A stretch of 64,000 nt of DNA from Octopus vulgaris (taxonomy: Eukaryota): positions 76,012,001 to 76,076,000 of the forward strand of contig OX597824.1 in the NCBI GenBank assembly GCA_951406725.2, in the 5' to 3' direction. Positions 39,190 to 51,999 of this stretch are shown here, piece after piece (positions within the stretch are counted from its first letter, which is position 1; each line of letters opens with the position of its first letter). The notes under the pieces were generated by a model. The model was given only the letters and a program-made list of their open reading frames with translations. It had not been told where the DNA came from and ran no database searches. The position numbers were made by a program, and so were the translations under genes.

Positions 39190-40075
39190 TTAAGCCTTTG
39201 GAAGTGGCCAGCTGGCAGAATCAATGAGTTCAAATGCTATCAGGGCTGACTTTGCTTTTCATCCTTTCAGGGTCGATAAAATAAGTACCAGTTAAGCACG
39301 GGGATTGATCTAATCAATTTGCTGCCCCCCCACCACATCCATCCCCTGAAATTGCCAAAATTATTAAGCCTTGTAACATCTCCTTTGAAAAACTGTATCT
39401 TTGGATTCACTGTTGCCATAAAACATGGTAATCTTATCTTCTACCGTCTGTTAATTCCATCCAAGGATTTCAATAAATTTAAATTTCTTTAATTGCAAAT
39501 TAGTTTATGGGTGAAAGTCAGAGTGAAGTGGAGGTGGATAGGGTGAGTAAATTTTTTTTTTCCTGCCGAATATAAAAAGAAATCAAAATCAAAACAAGAT
39601 ATAAAAAAATTTCCAAAATAGTGATGTAAAACATTGTGAGTGAACGGCGTCGTTAGTTCTCAAAGAACTCTCTTTCTATTCCACCCACACCCCTTCACTC
39701 ACCATCACTGCTCTATGTACAAAAAATAATTACCATATTCTCATCTATTCATTGCCGAAGTATTCTGAAAATTTTTTTTAAATAGATGAAAATAACATAA
39801 ATTTCAACTCACAAACTCCCTCCCTCCTTCTCTCTCTCTCTCCGCATTATACCAAATAATTTTTTTGTCGTATGTGTTTTTTTTGTAAGCTCTCTCTCTC
39901 TCTCTTCCTTACTCTCTTTCTTTCTCCTTCCTTTACATTGTGCAACTGTGTGTGCGTATGTGTGTGTGTGTGTATCTCTTTATACTTGCGTATCCATGTG
40001 TAGTGCTTTTATATGTATGTAAGTTTGGTGATGCAAGCATGAAAATAGAACTCAAAACCTGAGAGTGTGTGTGTG

Positions 40076-40205
40076 TAACGTCTGCTTTCCATACTAGCAT
40101 GGGTTGGACGATTTGACTGAGGTCTGGTGAACCTGGTGCAACCATCTGGTTTGCCAGACCTCAGTCAAATTGTCCAACCCATGCTAGCATGTAAAGCGGA
40201 TGTTA
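40076..40205. repeat. 58-bp inverted repeat formed from two family C tails, 14-nt loop
   Basis: Arms 40076-40133 and 40148-40205 paired base by base. Confidence 0.93.
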
Positions 40206-41287
40206 AACGACGATGATGATGATGATGACACACACACACACACACACACATACATATATTATTATTATTGTTATTATTATTATTAAGAGGAAGTTGCTGA
40301 GTGACTCAAAGGCCAAAATTTTCCTGCATTGGTACTTATCAAAAGTTTGATGAGGCTGTGTGGTAAGAAACTTACTTCCTAGTCACAGGGTTCTGGGTTC
40401 AGTCCCACTGTGTGGTACATGTATGTATGTATGTATTTATATGTATGTATTTCTTTGTGTATGTGTTTGACTCCCATCACCATTTGACTACTGGTGTTGG
40501 TTTGTTTACGTTCCTGTAATTCAAAGGTTTAGCAAAAGAGACTGATAAAATAAGTACCAAGCTTAAAAAAAATAAAAAAGAGTGAGCTTGATTCATTTGA
40601 CTAAAGCCTTCAAAGCAGTGCCCCAGCATGGCTGCAGCCCAGAGACTGAAACCACTTAAAAAGAAAACTCTTGGTCTTTGAGTGACACTGCACCTTGTCA
40701 ATTAATTACACACACACACACACACACACATTAATATTACGTGCTGTGCTGGCAGAATCAGTAGGGCACTGGGAAAAATGCTTAGTGGTATTTCTTCCAG
40801 ATCTTTACGTTCTGAGTTCAAATCCTACCGAGGTTGACCATGCCTTTAATCCTTTTTTTTTTGGGGGGGGGGAGTCAATAAAATTAGTACCAGTTGAATC
40901 CTGTGGTCAATGTAACCGACTTATCTTTCCTCTCAAACTGCTGGCCTTGTGCCAAAAACTGAAACCACTAATGTCTGTGTGTGTGTGTGTGTGCGTTGGG
41001 GTAGGTATGTGTTAGTCCTCCATTCCATTTTATGTCCATATTTTGCCAAAAAATAACAAAATCCATTGAAAAATACCTCATTAATAAAAATATAAAAACA
41101 CACAAACTAACCCCCAAAACAAATGGACTGTTGGTTTGTGATGTATGTTGGTGTGTGCATGTATATACACAAATATGTGTGTATGTGTGTGCATGTATAT
41201 ATCTGTATATATAAATTTATGTATATGTATTTGTGTGTTTGTATTTATACATATGTATACCTCTCTATGTATCCAGCTATCTATCAT

Positions 41288-41338
<51 letters not shown>

Positions 41339-41683
41339 CAATCAACCTAATATGTGTGTGTGTATATATATATGTTATACATATATGTAATATATATATG
41401 TGTATATATATGTGTGTATATGTATATACATACATGTATATATATATATATATATATCTACACATACTCATGGACATATATACCTATATATATATATATA
41501 CACACACACCACATGAGTGTATATATGTGTATATGTGTGAATGTATGTATGTATGTGTGTATATATATGTGTGCGTACATATATGTGTATATATACATAT
41601 ACATTTATATATATATATATATATACACAAATACATATACTGACATACACAGAAACACATACCATTATATATATATATATATC

Positions 41684-41716
<33 letters not shown>

Positions 41717-42339
41717 GTGGTTTTCTGTGTTGTAGGAGACTCATTACTTCAATCTTCAATGGTGGTTTGTGAAATGGAGCCTGTGTTTCTGGCAATGGTG
41801 GTGGTTGGTTCTAGAGATATTTTTTGAGGTGGGGTGCGGAGGAAGAGTAGTTAGTTGTTGCAAGCCTCTTTGATTTTTGTGAACTCTCATAAATGAAAAA
41901 AAAAACCAAAAACAAAACAACTCTGCTCTCAACCAACCAATCCATCTTAACACACAGTGCCATGTCTCCAGCCTACCACATCACCTTAATGAGAAGGCTT
42001 GGATTTGGTTCTTGCACCTTCAGCTTGAACTAACTACCTTCGCATGAACCCCCACCGTCACCCAGCCACCCACCCTCCCACTTCTCATCTCTTTTTTTTT
42101 TTTTTTTTTACACACCTCATCATTGCATTTACTCTCACTCTCTCTCTCTCTCTCTGTCTCTTCAAATTTGTTCCTTCTTTCCTTCCTTTGTTCTTTCCTT
42201 CCTTTGTTCTTTCCTTCCTTCCATTTTGTTTCTCATGAATAAATAAAAAAAAATAACAAAAATCTCTCTCTGTATGTTACTTTATAGGTTTCTTGAAATG
42301 AATTCTTGCAAAATGGAAAAAGAAAAAAAAATCAGAATA

Positions 42340-42381
<42 letters not shown>

Positions 42382-42480
42382 TATATATATTATATTATAT
42401 TATCTATACATATATATATATAAATTTTATGTTATATATATACATTATATATTGTATATATGTATATTTTTTATACATGC

Positions 42481-42511
<31 letters not shown>

Positions 42512-43243
42512 GTACATTTGTATATATATATATGTATTATGTGTATATTATATATTAATTTGTATAAATATATAACACATTTTTATATATGTTATATATG
42601 TCATATATTATATATACCCTATATATATTATATATATCTAGACACACACATATATATCATATATATATTATACTATATATATCTACACACACACACACAC
42701 ATATATGTATTGTATGTGTATATAAATGTATAAAATTATGTTTTATGTATGTACATATATCAAGATAGCTTTTTTTCTTATTTTTGAAAAGGTGAAACTT
42801 TCTTTTGCCAAAAAAAAAGCAAACTATAAAATGAAATACAACAAAACAAAGGACATTTGTGGAATAGGTTGCCTTGGTAGAGTTGCATTCTGAGACTTTT
42901 TGAATTCCACATGTCTAGAATATGGATGGATGGATGGCTGAGAAGAAGAAGAATACGAAGAAGTGTATACAAAGTAGTAGTGAAAGAAACCAGAGTGTCA
43001 TTATTATTAATATTATTATTAATATTATTATCATTTTAAAAAAATTCTAAAACTTGCCTTTTGATTTCTAATTACCTGGTGAATAAAATAGGCAATATAT
43101 ATATATATATATGTGTATGTATGTATATCTGTGTCTGTCTGTTTGTCTGAATGCATATATATATATATATATATATATGCATATGCATGTATGAATATAT
43201 ACATATTTATATATATGTATATACATGTATGAGCATGTATGTG

Positions 43244-43296
<53 letters not shown>

Positions 43297-43917
43297 TATA
43301 TTTATCTATACGTGAATGACTTCATGACTTTTTTTGAAACACTGTAAAATATATTTACTTTTTTTCTCTCATTTTTTTTTTTCATTTTTATGTAAAATTG
43401 AAACTACATCCAAATTAGAATGAAAAAATAAAAAGAAATAATTGATATAAGATGATTTATTATTATCATTATTATTATCTTTATTTATTTGTTTTCCAAT
43501 TCAAAATAAAATGTTTTCTACCATTATTTTTTTTATATATATTTTTCTTTTTTTTTTTGCTGAAGCTTTGTATATTTAATTTTTATTTGTTTTGATATGT
43601 GTTACTTTGTATAGCTTAGTCAAAATGGAAGTGACATTTTTGCAGGACCTCTTGGAAACTGGGGAAGCGTAGTAACAGAAAGAAACTGCTAATTATTAAC
43701 CGCAGCTGTAGAAATCGTTACATTGAGGGATGAAACTATATTCTATACAATCTATAAATTACATATTGTCAACACCAACATATGTAAATATATATGTATG
43801 TGTGTGTGTGTGTGTGTGTGTATGTATATAAACACATCATCATCATCATCATCATCATTATTTAATATCTGTTCTCCATGCTGGCATGCATTGAACGATT
43901 TGACAGGAGCTAGCCAG

Positions 43918-44513
43918 TTGGTGAGCTGGCAGAAATGTTAGCACGCTGGATGAAATGCTTAGTGGTATTTTGTCTGCCGTTATGTTCTAAGTTCAAATTC
44001 CACCGAGGTCGACTTTGCCTTTCATCCTTTCGGGGTCAATAAATTAAGTACAAGTTATGCACTGGGGTTGATATAATCGACTTAATCCCTTTGTCTGTCC
44101 TTGTTTGTCCCCTCTGTGTTTAGCCCCTTTTGGGCAGTAAAGAAATAAGTATTTTGTCTGCTGTTACGTTCTGAATTTAAATTCCGCCAAGGTTGACTTT
44201 GCCTTTCATCCTTTCGGAGTCGATAAATTAAGTACCAGTTATGCACTGGGGTCGATGTAATCGACTTAATCCCTTTGCCTGTCCTTGTTTATCCTCTCTG
44301 TGTTTAGCCCCTTTTGGGCAGTAAAGAAATAAGTATTTTGTCTGCTGTTACGTTCTGAATTTAAATTCCGCCAAGGTTGACTTTGCCTTTCATCCTTTTG
44401 GAGTCGATAAATTAAGTACCAGTTATGCACTGGGGTTGATATAATCGACTTAATCCTTTTGTCTGTCCTTGTTTGTCCCTTCTGTGTTTAGCCCCTTGTG
44501 GGCAATAAAGAAT
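43918..44513 (+). mobile_element. SINE B trimer (one head, three bodies) inside one 11-bp TSD
   Basis: GAGCTAGCCAG at 43907-43917 and 44514-44524; three about 185-bp bodies. Confidence 0.9.
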
Positions 44514-44987
44514 GAGCTAGCCAGCTTGAGGGCTGTATGGACTCTATTTGTCTGCTATGGCATAGTTCCTATGGCTGGATGCCCTTCTTAGTGCCAACCA
44601 CTTTACGGAGTGTATTAGGTGCTTTTATGTGACTCCAGGATGGATGCTTTTATGTAGAACTGGCATGGGTGCTTTTACACGACATTGGCACCATTATTTC
44701 TTTGTGTCACCAGCACAAGTGCTTTTATGTGGCATCAACATGGTGCTTTTATGTAGCGCTGGCATGGTTACATTTATGTGGCACCAGCACCCATGAGCCT
44801 ACATGACTAGACTCTCTTGACTGAGAGATGGACTTAGAAGTCATGCCTGTATGCATGGATGGCCACATTTTCACTTAGCTTGATGTTCACAATATTAGCA
44901 TTATCGTCATTTAACATCTTCCCTTTCTATCCCTGCTACCCACTCACCCAGTCCAATCAGGTACCATGACATATGTTCTGATGTATT

Positions 44988-45028
<41 letters not shown>

Positions 45029-45537
45029 ATCTATATATCATGGGTTGGACAGTGACAGGAACTGGTAAACCGGAGAACTGCTTTGAGCTCCTACTTTGGC
45101 ATGATTTCTATGGCTGGATGCCCTTCCTAATGTCAACCGGTTTACAGAGAGTTCTGAGTGCTTTTTGCGTGGCACCAGCACCAGTGGGATCACTGAGTAG
45201 GTTGCAAGGCAAGGATTCCTCAACTATGATGGGAGAGTAATATTGAGGGAGGTGGCTTCATGCCAGTTGATGACTGGTTAAAGAATTATAGAGGGATAAA
45301 AATAGGTATCTTGCTGTAGAGGAGTTACATGGACCCCAGTTGAGAAAGAAAGGAGAAAAAGATAGATAAATATATATATATATATATATATATGGAGAAA
45401 TATGTCAGAGCATATGTCATGGTACAGTGGGGTGGGAATTTGGGTGTAGTGATACAGGGATTGGTGATTGGGCAGCAGGGATAGAAAGGGAAGTTTCATA
45501 AAAGTGTGTTGAGAGATGGTTAGAGATGGGCGTAGAG

Positions 45538-45576
<39 letters not shown>

Positions 45577-45753
45577 AAGTACACACACACATGCACACAC
45601 ACATGTATACATATAATGTATACGTATAATGTATACATATCATCATCGTTTATTGTCTGTTTTCAATGCTGTCATGTGTTGGACATTAGGGCTGAGTTGA
45701 GTTCCTGTGTCTGCGTTGGCATGGTTTTTATGGCCAGTTGCCTTTCTCTCACC

Positions 45754-45807
<54 letters not shown>

Positions 45808-45877
45808 GAAATCAGAAAAACTTTTGGTATTATTCACCATTTCATATGTTTCATTTGCTAATAAGAGTTACAAAACT

Positions 45878-46051
45878 GTAGGAGTAGCTGTGTGGTAAGT
45901 AGCTTGCTTACGAACCTCATGGTTCTGTGTTCATTCCATCTGCGTGACACCTTGAGCAAGTGTCTTCTACTATATTCTCGGGCCGACCAAAGCCTTGTGA
46001 GTGGATTTGGTAGACGGAATCTGAAAGAAGCCTGTCGTATATATATGTATA

Positions 46052-46107
<56 letters not shown>

Positions 46108-46150
46108 TTATATGTTAATTTACGAAGGCCTAGTACGTCCTTTGATTAAT

Positions 46151-46184
<34 letters not shown>

Positions 46185-46395
46185 TGTGTGTGTATGTTTG
46201 TGTGTCTGTGTTTGTCCCCCAACATCGCTTGACAATCGATGGTGTTGTGTATATTTTCCCGTAACCTAGCGGTCCGGCAAAAGAGACCGATAGAATAAGT
46301 ACTAGGCTTACAAAGAATAAGAGCTGGGGTCAATTTGCTCGACTAAAAGGCAGTGCTCCAGCATGGACACAGTCAAATGACTGAAACAAGTAAGT
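45878..46395 (+). mobile_element. SINE family A
   Basis: Head, body and tail match other copies; expanded internal microsatellite. Confidence 0.87.
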
Positions 46396-46599
46396 AAAGT
46401 ATTCTCATCGAACATACTACCTATGTGAATAGTTTCTTTTTCGTTAATATTTGGACTTTAGGGTTCCAGGGACAAGAAAGGCACAAGGAATTGTTTAAGG
46501 GAGAAAAGCTAGTGTATTTTTAATGTAAAATTGCAGTGACGAAATCTTTTGTGATTCATGGAATGCTTTTGCAGAATTATGGTATATAGAAACATCTAA

Positions 46600-46830
46600 G
46601 GCGGCGAGCTGGCAGAAACGTTAGCACGCCGGGCGAAATGCTTAGCGGTATTTCGTCTGCCGTTACGTTGTGAGTTCAAATTCCGCCGAGGTCGACTTTT
46701 CCTTTCATCCTTTCGGGGTCGATAAATTAAGTACCAGTTACGCACTGGGTTCGATGTAATCGACTTAATACCTATGTCTGTCCTTGTTTGTCCGCTCTAT
46801 GTTTAGCCCCTTGTGGGTAATAAAGAAATA
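46600..46830 (+). mobile_element. SINE family B, young full-length copy with 13-bp TSD
   Basis: GGTATATAGAAAC at 46581-46593 and 46831-46843; CpGs intact. Confidence 0.93.
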
Positions 46831-47249
46831 GGTATATAGAAACGTGTGTGTGTGTTTGTGCGTGCGTGCGCGTGTGCAATTTTATATCTTGTGTTTCAGT
46901 GAGACCACGGCTATGCCGAGGCACTTGAAGAAAGTTTTAGTCGAATAGATCGACCCTGCTATTATTTTTAAAGCCTGGTACTTATTCTATCGGTCTCTTT
47001 TGCCAAATCTCTAAGTTACGGGGACACACAATCACTAGCATAACCATGTGCACAAACATATAGTCACACAAACAACACGGTCACACACAAACATGATTCC
47101 GCAGAAAGGTTGAGCTACCCTTTTTCTTGTTTGGTAAATAAATGTAAGGTGTTTTAAGTATTCATGCATACGTGATGTGCAAATACACACACACACACAC
47201 ACACACACTCATTAATGATAATATTAAAATAAATATCTCTAACGATTGA

Positions 47250-48300
47250 AGAATAGCAGTACCCCTATACCTCAAATTCATCCAGTTCGCTATTGTTGAA
47301 TTTTACCCTGTTATCTTAAAATTTATATGAAGCGGCTCCCTAGAATTTTCTAAGATACACAGTTCTATAAATGACGATGTTATAGATAGCAATGCATTTA
47401 CAATACTTTTTCTTGATAAAATGTTTGGCCTAGATTAAAGAAGAGAAGCTGCTTCATAGTTTGATATTAGTATGGGATCGTTGAATAGTACAGAGATGTG
47501 CAACGTAGTTAAAAGATATTCACTACTACAGATATAGGCCTATATAGAGATGACGGGCTTGCGATATTACAATACGTCGCAAATATGCATATGATAAATA
47601 TTTCGTCTGAAAATAGCTGTTACAACGAACCTGAACATTGTAAATTCCTTAGTTGTTACTTTTAACTTCACTACACGCAAGTACAAACTATAGAGCAAAA
47701 CTACGACAAACTTATATTAATATAGATTTTAGCCATTCGCCCACAATCAAATTAATAATATCAAATGTATTTCTAATATGTCATCTTATAAAGAATTGGT
47801 CGACAAAGCCCCACCATACTACAGTGAAGCTCTAACATGTATGTGATATAAGGACAATATTAAATACGCTTCTAATCTTTTGCTACAAGAAATGACACTA
47901 ATAGAATCTGGTTTACACTTCCTTTTTCTATTAATGCTAAATCTATCATTAAAAATTTCTAGTCTTTAGTATTTTCGCATTAATCACCGCCACAAGAAAT
48001 TATTCAACAGTAATAGTTTAAAGTCGAGATACAGTTGTAGAACCAATATGAATAGCTTCGTCACAAGTAATTTAAAAGCAATCTTTTAAAATAAACGGAG
48101 AAAGCTGTACATGGAGAAACACAGATGCATATCTTCTAAGTTAATTATTCAGCACTAAAGCAATAATTTACCAAGTAGAAGCAATCTCAGCCAAATATAA
48201 ATCACATGTAAACTTTATGTGGGTATGGTGCAAGGTAACTGAAAGAAAATATTTCAAGCTCAGAAGGAAGAATGCAACTAAATTCCCATATTATGCCTTA
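47250..48300 (+). pseudogene. Decayed Penelope-like element: reverse transcriptase followed by GIY-YIG endonuclease remnants
   Basis: Collinear frameshifted motifs FIQFAIVEFYP, FDISMGSLNSTEMC, IGLYRDDGLAI (YRDD at 47543-47554), YINIDFSHSPTI, IWFTLPFS, KLFNSNSLKSRYSC, IIYQVEA...LYVG. Confidence 0.78.
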
Positions 48301-48334
48301 AAATTGAAAGAATGCGACTCTCTCTCTCTCTCTT

Positions 48335-48538
48335 TCTCTCTTTTACTTGTTTCAGTCATTTGACTGCGGCCATGCTGGAGCACCGCCTTCAGTCGAGCAA
48401 ATCGACCCCGGGACTTATTCTTTGTAAGCCCAGTACTTATTCCATCGGTCTCTTTTGCCGAACCGCTAAGTTACAGGGATGTAAACACACCAGCATCGGT
48501 TGTCAAGCAATGCTAGGGGGACAAACACAGACACACAA

Positions 48539-48577
<39 letters not shown>

Positions 48578-48746
48578 CATATATACGACAGGCTTCTTTC
48601 AGTTTCCGTCTACCAAATCCACTCACAAGGCATTGGTCGGCCCGGGGCTATAGCAGAAGACACTTGCCCAAGATGCCACGCAGTGGGACTGAACCCGGAA
48701 CCATGTGGTTGGTTAGCAAGCTACTTACCACACAGCCACTCCTGCG
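48335..48746 (-). mobile_element. SINE family A, young copy
   Basis: Close reverse-complement match to family consensus. Confidence 0.92.
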
Positions 48747-48963
48747 ACGCTGCATTTTCTCTTAAAACTTTTTAGTCAGGTTAGACTGGCAGTGTCCACG
48801 ACCTTTTACGGAGCCTACCCTCAAGGCTATAGTGGGAAGAAGAGAAAACGCTGTCCTCAAACCGGAGACCCGACTTGAATGCTCGCGATAGAGTAATCTC
48901 CACTAGTCACCGAAGATACCATGTGATGATTTTAACTGATTGATATTCGACATAAAAGGATTT

Positions 48964-49172
48964 AGAGCACGCCGGGTGAAATGCGTAGCCGTATTTCGTC
49001 TGACGTTACGTTCTGAGTTCAAATTCCGCCGAGGTCAACTTTGCCTTTCATCCTTTTGGGGTCGATTAAATAAGTACCAGTTACACAGTGGGTCGATATA
49101 ATCGATTTAATCCGTTTGTCTGTCCTTGTTTGTTCCCTCTATGTTTAGCCCCTTGTGGGTAATAAAGAAACA
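48964..49172 (+). mobile_element. SINE family B, 5' truncated, 22-bp TSD
   Basis: GATATTCGACAT(A/T)AAAGGATTT at 48942-48963 and 49173-49194. Confidence 0.9.
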
Positions 49173-49598
49173 GATATTCGACATTAAAGGATTTCCAAAA
49201 GACGTACACCAAGAATAATCAACCGCTTTCGAGGTTACAGGGTTATTTCAAGTTTAGAGGGTTTCATGAACAACACAATTCCTTTTCAGACCCATAATTT
49301 TTCTGATTATGCGATTATGCTACTTCTTCGTTCCTAGGGCTCCATGAAAGTGCAATATAATTTTGAAGAGAAGTAGTTAATGGAAAAGAAATCCTTAATC
49401 AGCAATCGCCAATTTGGTGTTAATCAATTGAACTCTTTTTTGCATTAACATTTGATTTACCTTAGCTTCCAGACGTAAGAATAACAGAAGTACGTGTAAA
49501 GAGTCTGGTTCATTATGCCCGTGGCTGGTTGTTGTCAATTCCTGTTTTGTTTTTGAGACTATTTTCTCTTTGTTTTTATTCAAATTATATTTTCACAC

Positions 49599-49895
49599 GA
49601 GGCGCAATGGCCCAGTGGTTAGGGCAGCAGACTCGCGGTCGGAGGATCGCGGTTTCGATTCCCAGACCGAGCGTTGAGTGTTTATTGAGTGAAAACACCC
49701 AAAGCTCGACGAGGCTCTGACAGGGGGTGGTGGTGACTCCTGTTGTACTCTTTCGCCCCAAATCACTCTTCCTGTTTCTTGAGTAACCCTGCGATGGACT
49801 GGCGTCCTGTCCAGCTGGCGTGGGGGGCACATACGCCACAGAAACCGAGAAACCGGGCCCATGAGTCTGTCTAGGCTTGAAAAGGGCGCATAAAA
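49599..49895 (+). mobile_element. tRNA-derived SINE (family D variant) with A-rich tail
   Basis: Same head as 33870; CCCTGCGATGGACTGGCGTCCTGTCCAG body; ends GGGCGCATAAAAAAAA. Confidence 0.8.
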
Positions 49896-50117
49896 AAAAT
49901 ACTTTCACACAGAATATCCAGCATATCATGGAATATTCAGCTGTTGCAAAAAAGAAAAAGAAAAGAAAAATCTTTGCTTCGTAAAAACGGAAAACTTAGA
50001 AACTAACGAAGAACCAGTCTCTTTTGAGAGACAAATAGGACAAATAGGACAACGAATAGGACAAATATATCAACTTAAGATATTAAAGATAAAGAATCAT
50101 CGCATCCGACTGAACTA

Positions 50118-50496
50118 GACAGCGAAGTACTATCTTGAAGTTCCTGTGCCCACCAAGTTTTAAATCCTACCTTGCTCTTTGTGTGTCTCTTCAGTCGAAG
50201 CTACCCCACTGGACAGCGAAGTACTATCTTGAAGTTCCTGTGCGCACCAAGTTTTAAATCCTACCTTGCTCTTTGTGTGTCTCTTCAGTCGAAGCTACCC
50301 CACTGGACAGCGAAGTACTATTTTGAAGTCCCTGTGCCCACCAAGTTTTAAATCCTACCTTGCTCTTTGTGTGTCTCTTCAGTCGAAGCTACCCCACTGG
50401 ACAGCGAAGTACTATCTTGAAGTTCCTGTGCCCACCAAGTTTTAAATCCTACCTTGCTCTTTGTGTGTCTCTTCAGTCGAAGCTACCCCACTGGAC
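50118..50496. repeat. 94-bp tandem repeat, 4 near-identical copies
   Basis: Units start at 50118, 50212, 50306, 50400 (GACAGCGAAGTACTAT...CTACCCCACTG). Confidence 0.97.
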
Positions 50497-51003
50497 TGAT
50501 GAATCTCACAAGAGTACAGGCTCCTGTTTACAGAAATCAGCTAACAAATTATTTTCTAATCGTGTTGATATCTACTAAACGGATAATAATTTATGGGTTG
50601 TATGCATAAATGCAAGAATCCGAACTATAACGTGTCTACTAGTTCTCTATACATTCTGGCAGATTTAAAATGATAATAACTGATCGCTGGTGTTTTTCAA
50701 TATAGGGGAACGCTTCCCTCTAGTTACACAATACGTATTCATAACAAGGAATTTAGAGGCACTGCCGTATTTCGAATTCGTTATGTGAATCTTCAGTTGA
50801 AGCTCTATAGTGCCTCGAACTCCTCTTTGACTGATGTATTAGATGTGTGATGACTACGCATCACCCAAAGGGAGAAGGTATTCTCCGGTGGCGAAAAACA
50901 GCAGCGATAAGATATTTAGTTCAACTCTGCCAGAACGTGTTTCTCTACCGTAACACCCCTCTATCGGTGGAGTGCATCTGGAAGCCAGGTATATGGTCAG
51001 AAA

Positions 51004-51492
51004 TCATCAGCATCATCATTGTTCGACCGTGGTCGAGACAATGGAATTTACCATGCTACGCCAGACTTCACGGTCCATCAAGGCATTACGGAGGTCCTGT
51101 TGCTGGATGCCTGTATCCCTGGAGATTACATCAGGGTAGGAGAGTGTGCGCCCTCTGGTATTGCGAGTAGATGGCTTCCAGAGGAGAAGAGTATAAATTA
51201 CTTCTTTTTCAGCTCTACAACAATGTCCAGCAAACTGGACTCTCCTACCTTTCACAAGAGATGACACAGGTGGTAGTTTCCCATATATTTGAATTTTGGT
51301 TGGATGGCGCTTCCACGAGATATTTTGAGCTCTCATAAGGAGGCGAGTGTAGGTTCCATCCAACCGCCTCTCAAGCTTCTTTGATAACGTCCAGGTTTCT
51401 GAGCCATATAGTAGAATTGGTTCGACTGTGGCTTTGAAGATTTCAAGTTTGAAGTTTCTACTTAGATTTGATGACCAGATCTTATGCATGTC
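51004..51492 (-). mobile_element. 5'-truncated RTE-clade LINE with intact C-terminal ORF, (TGA)n tail and 11-bp TSD
   Basis: ORF 51016-51489: KLEIFKATVEPILLYGSETWTL...RRVQFAGH...DREVWR; ATGGTCAGAAA at 50993-51003 and 51493-51503. Confidence 0.93.
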
Positions 51493-51806
51493 ATGGTCAG
51501 AAAAGGTTCAGGATGTCAGGACTGAAAGGGTTAATAATTAATAGGTACGTCATTGTTTGGTGTTATTACTGTTCTGCGTGCTAAGGAAAACTATTCTTCA
51601 GATTTCTGAAAATCCGGAACAAAATTTCAAATACCGGAACGCTAGAACCACTTCTTCAAACCGGGACAATTCCAATCAAATCGGAATGTATGATAATTCT
51701 ATACATAACTATTCGAAAATCTCGGCTCCTAATCAATTCAACCTTGTTTAGTCACTATATACTAGTTTCAGTGTACTTCGTTACAATCACAGTGAGGAAA
51801 CCAAAA

Positions 51807-51999
51807 TCCACGAGAGATTTTGAGCTCTCATAAGGAGGCGAGTGTAGGTTCCATCCAACCGCCTCTCAAGCTTCTTTGATAACGTCCAGGTTTCTGAGCC
51901 ATATAGTAGAATTGGTTCGACTGTGGCTTTGAAGATTTCAAGTTTGAAGTCTCTACTTAGATTTGATGACCAGATCTTATGCATGTCATGGTCAGAAAA
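51807..51999 (-). repeat. Local duplicate of 51312-51504 (RTE 5' junction included)
   Basis: Two substitutions seen versus the original; flanked by a 92-bp direct repeat (51715-51806, 51995-52086). Confidence 0.92.

Larger units (their letters stand above)
25800..39360 (+). repeat. Dense cluster of several dozen mostly same-orientation SINE B copies/fragments separated by (ATT)n
   Basis: Recurring GAGCTGGCAGAAT.GTTAG / CTGAGTTCAAAT / GACTTTGCCTTTCATCC / AGGCCTTGTGCCTATAGTAGAAAGGATTATTATT blocks. Confidence 0.9.

Noticed and set aside
50118-50496. Regular repeat array considered as CRISPR-like (also the SINE multimers)
   Set aside because: Units are contiguous with no unique spacers, no cas genes, eukaryotic context.
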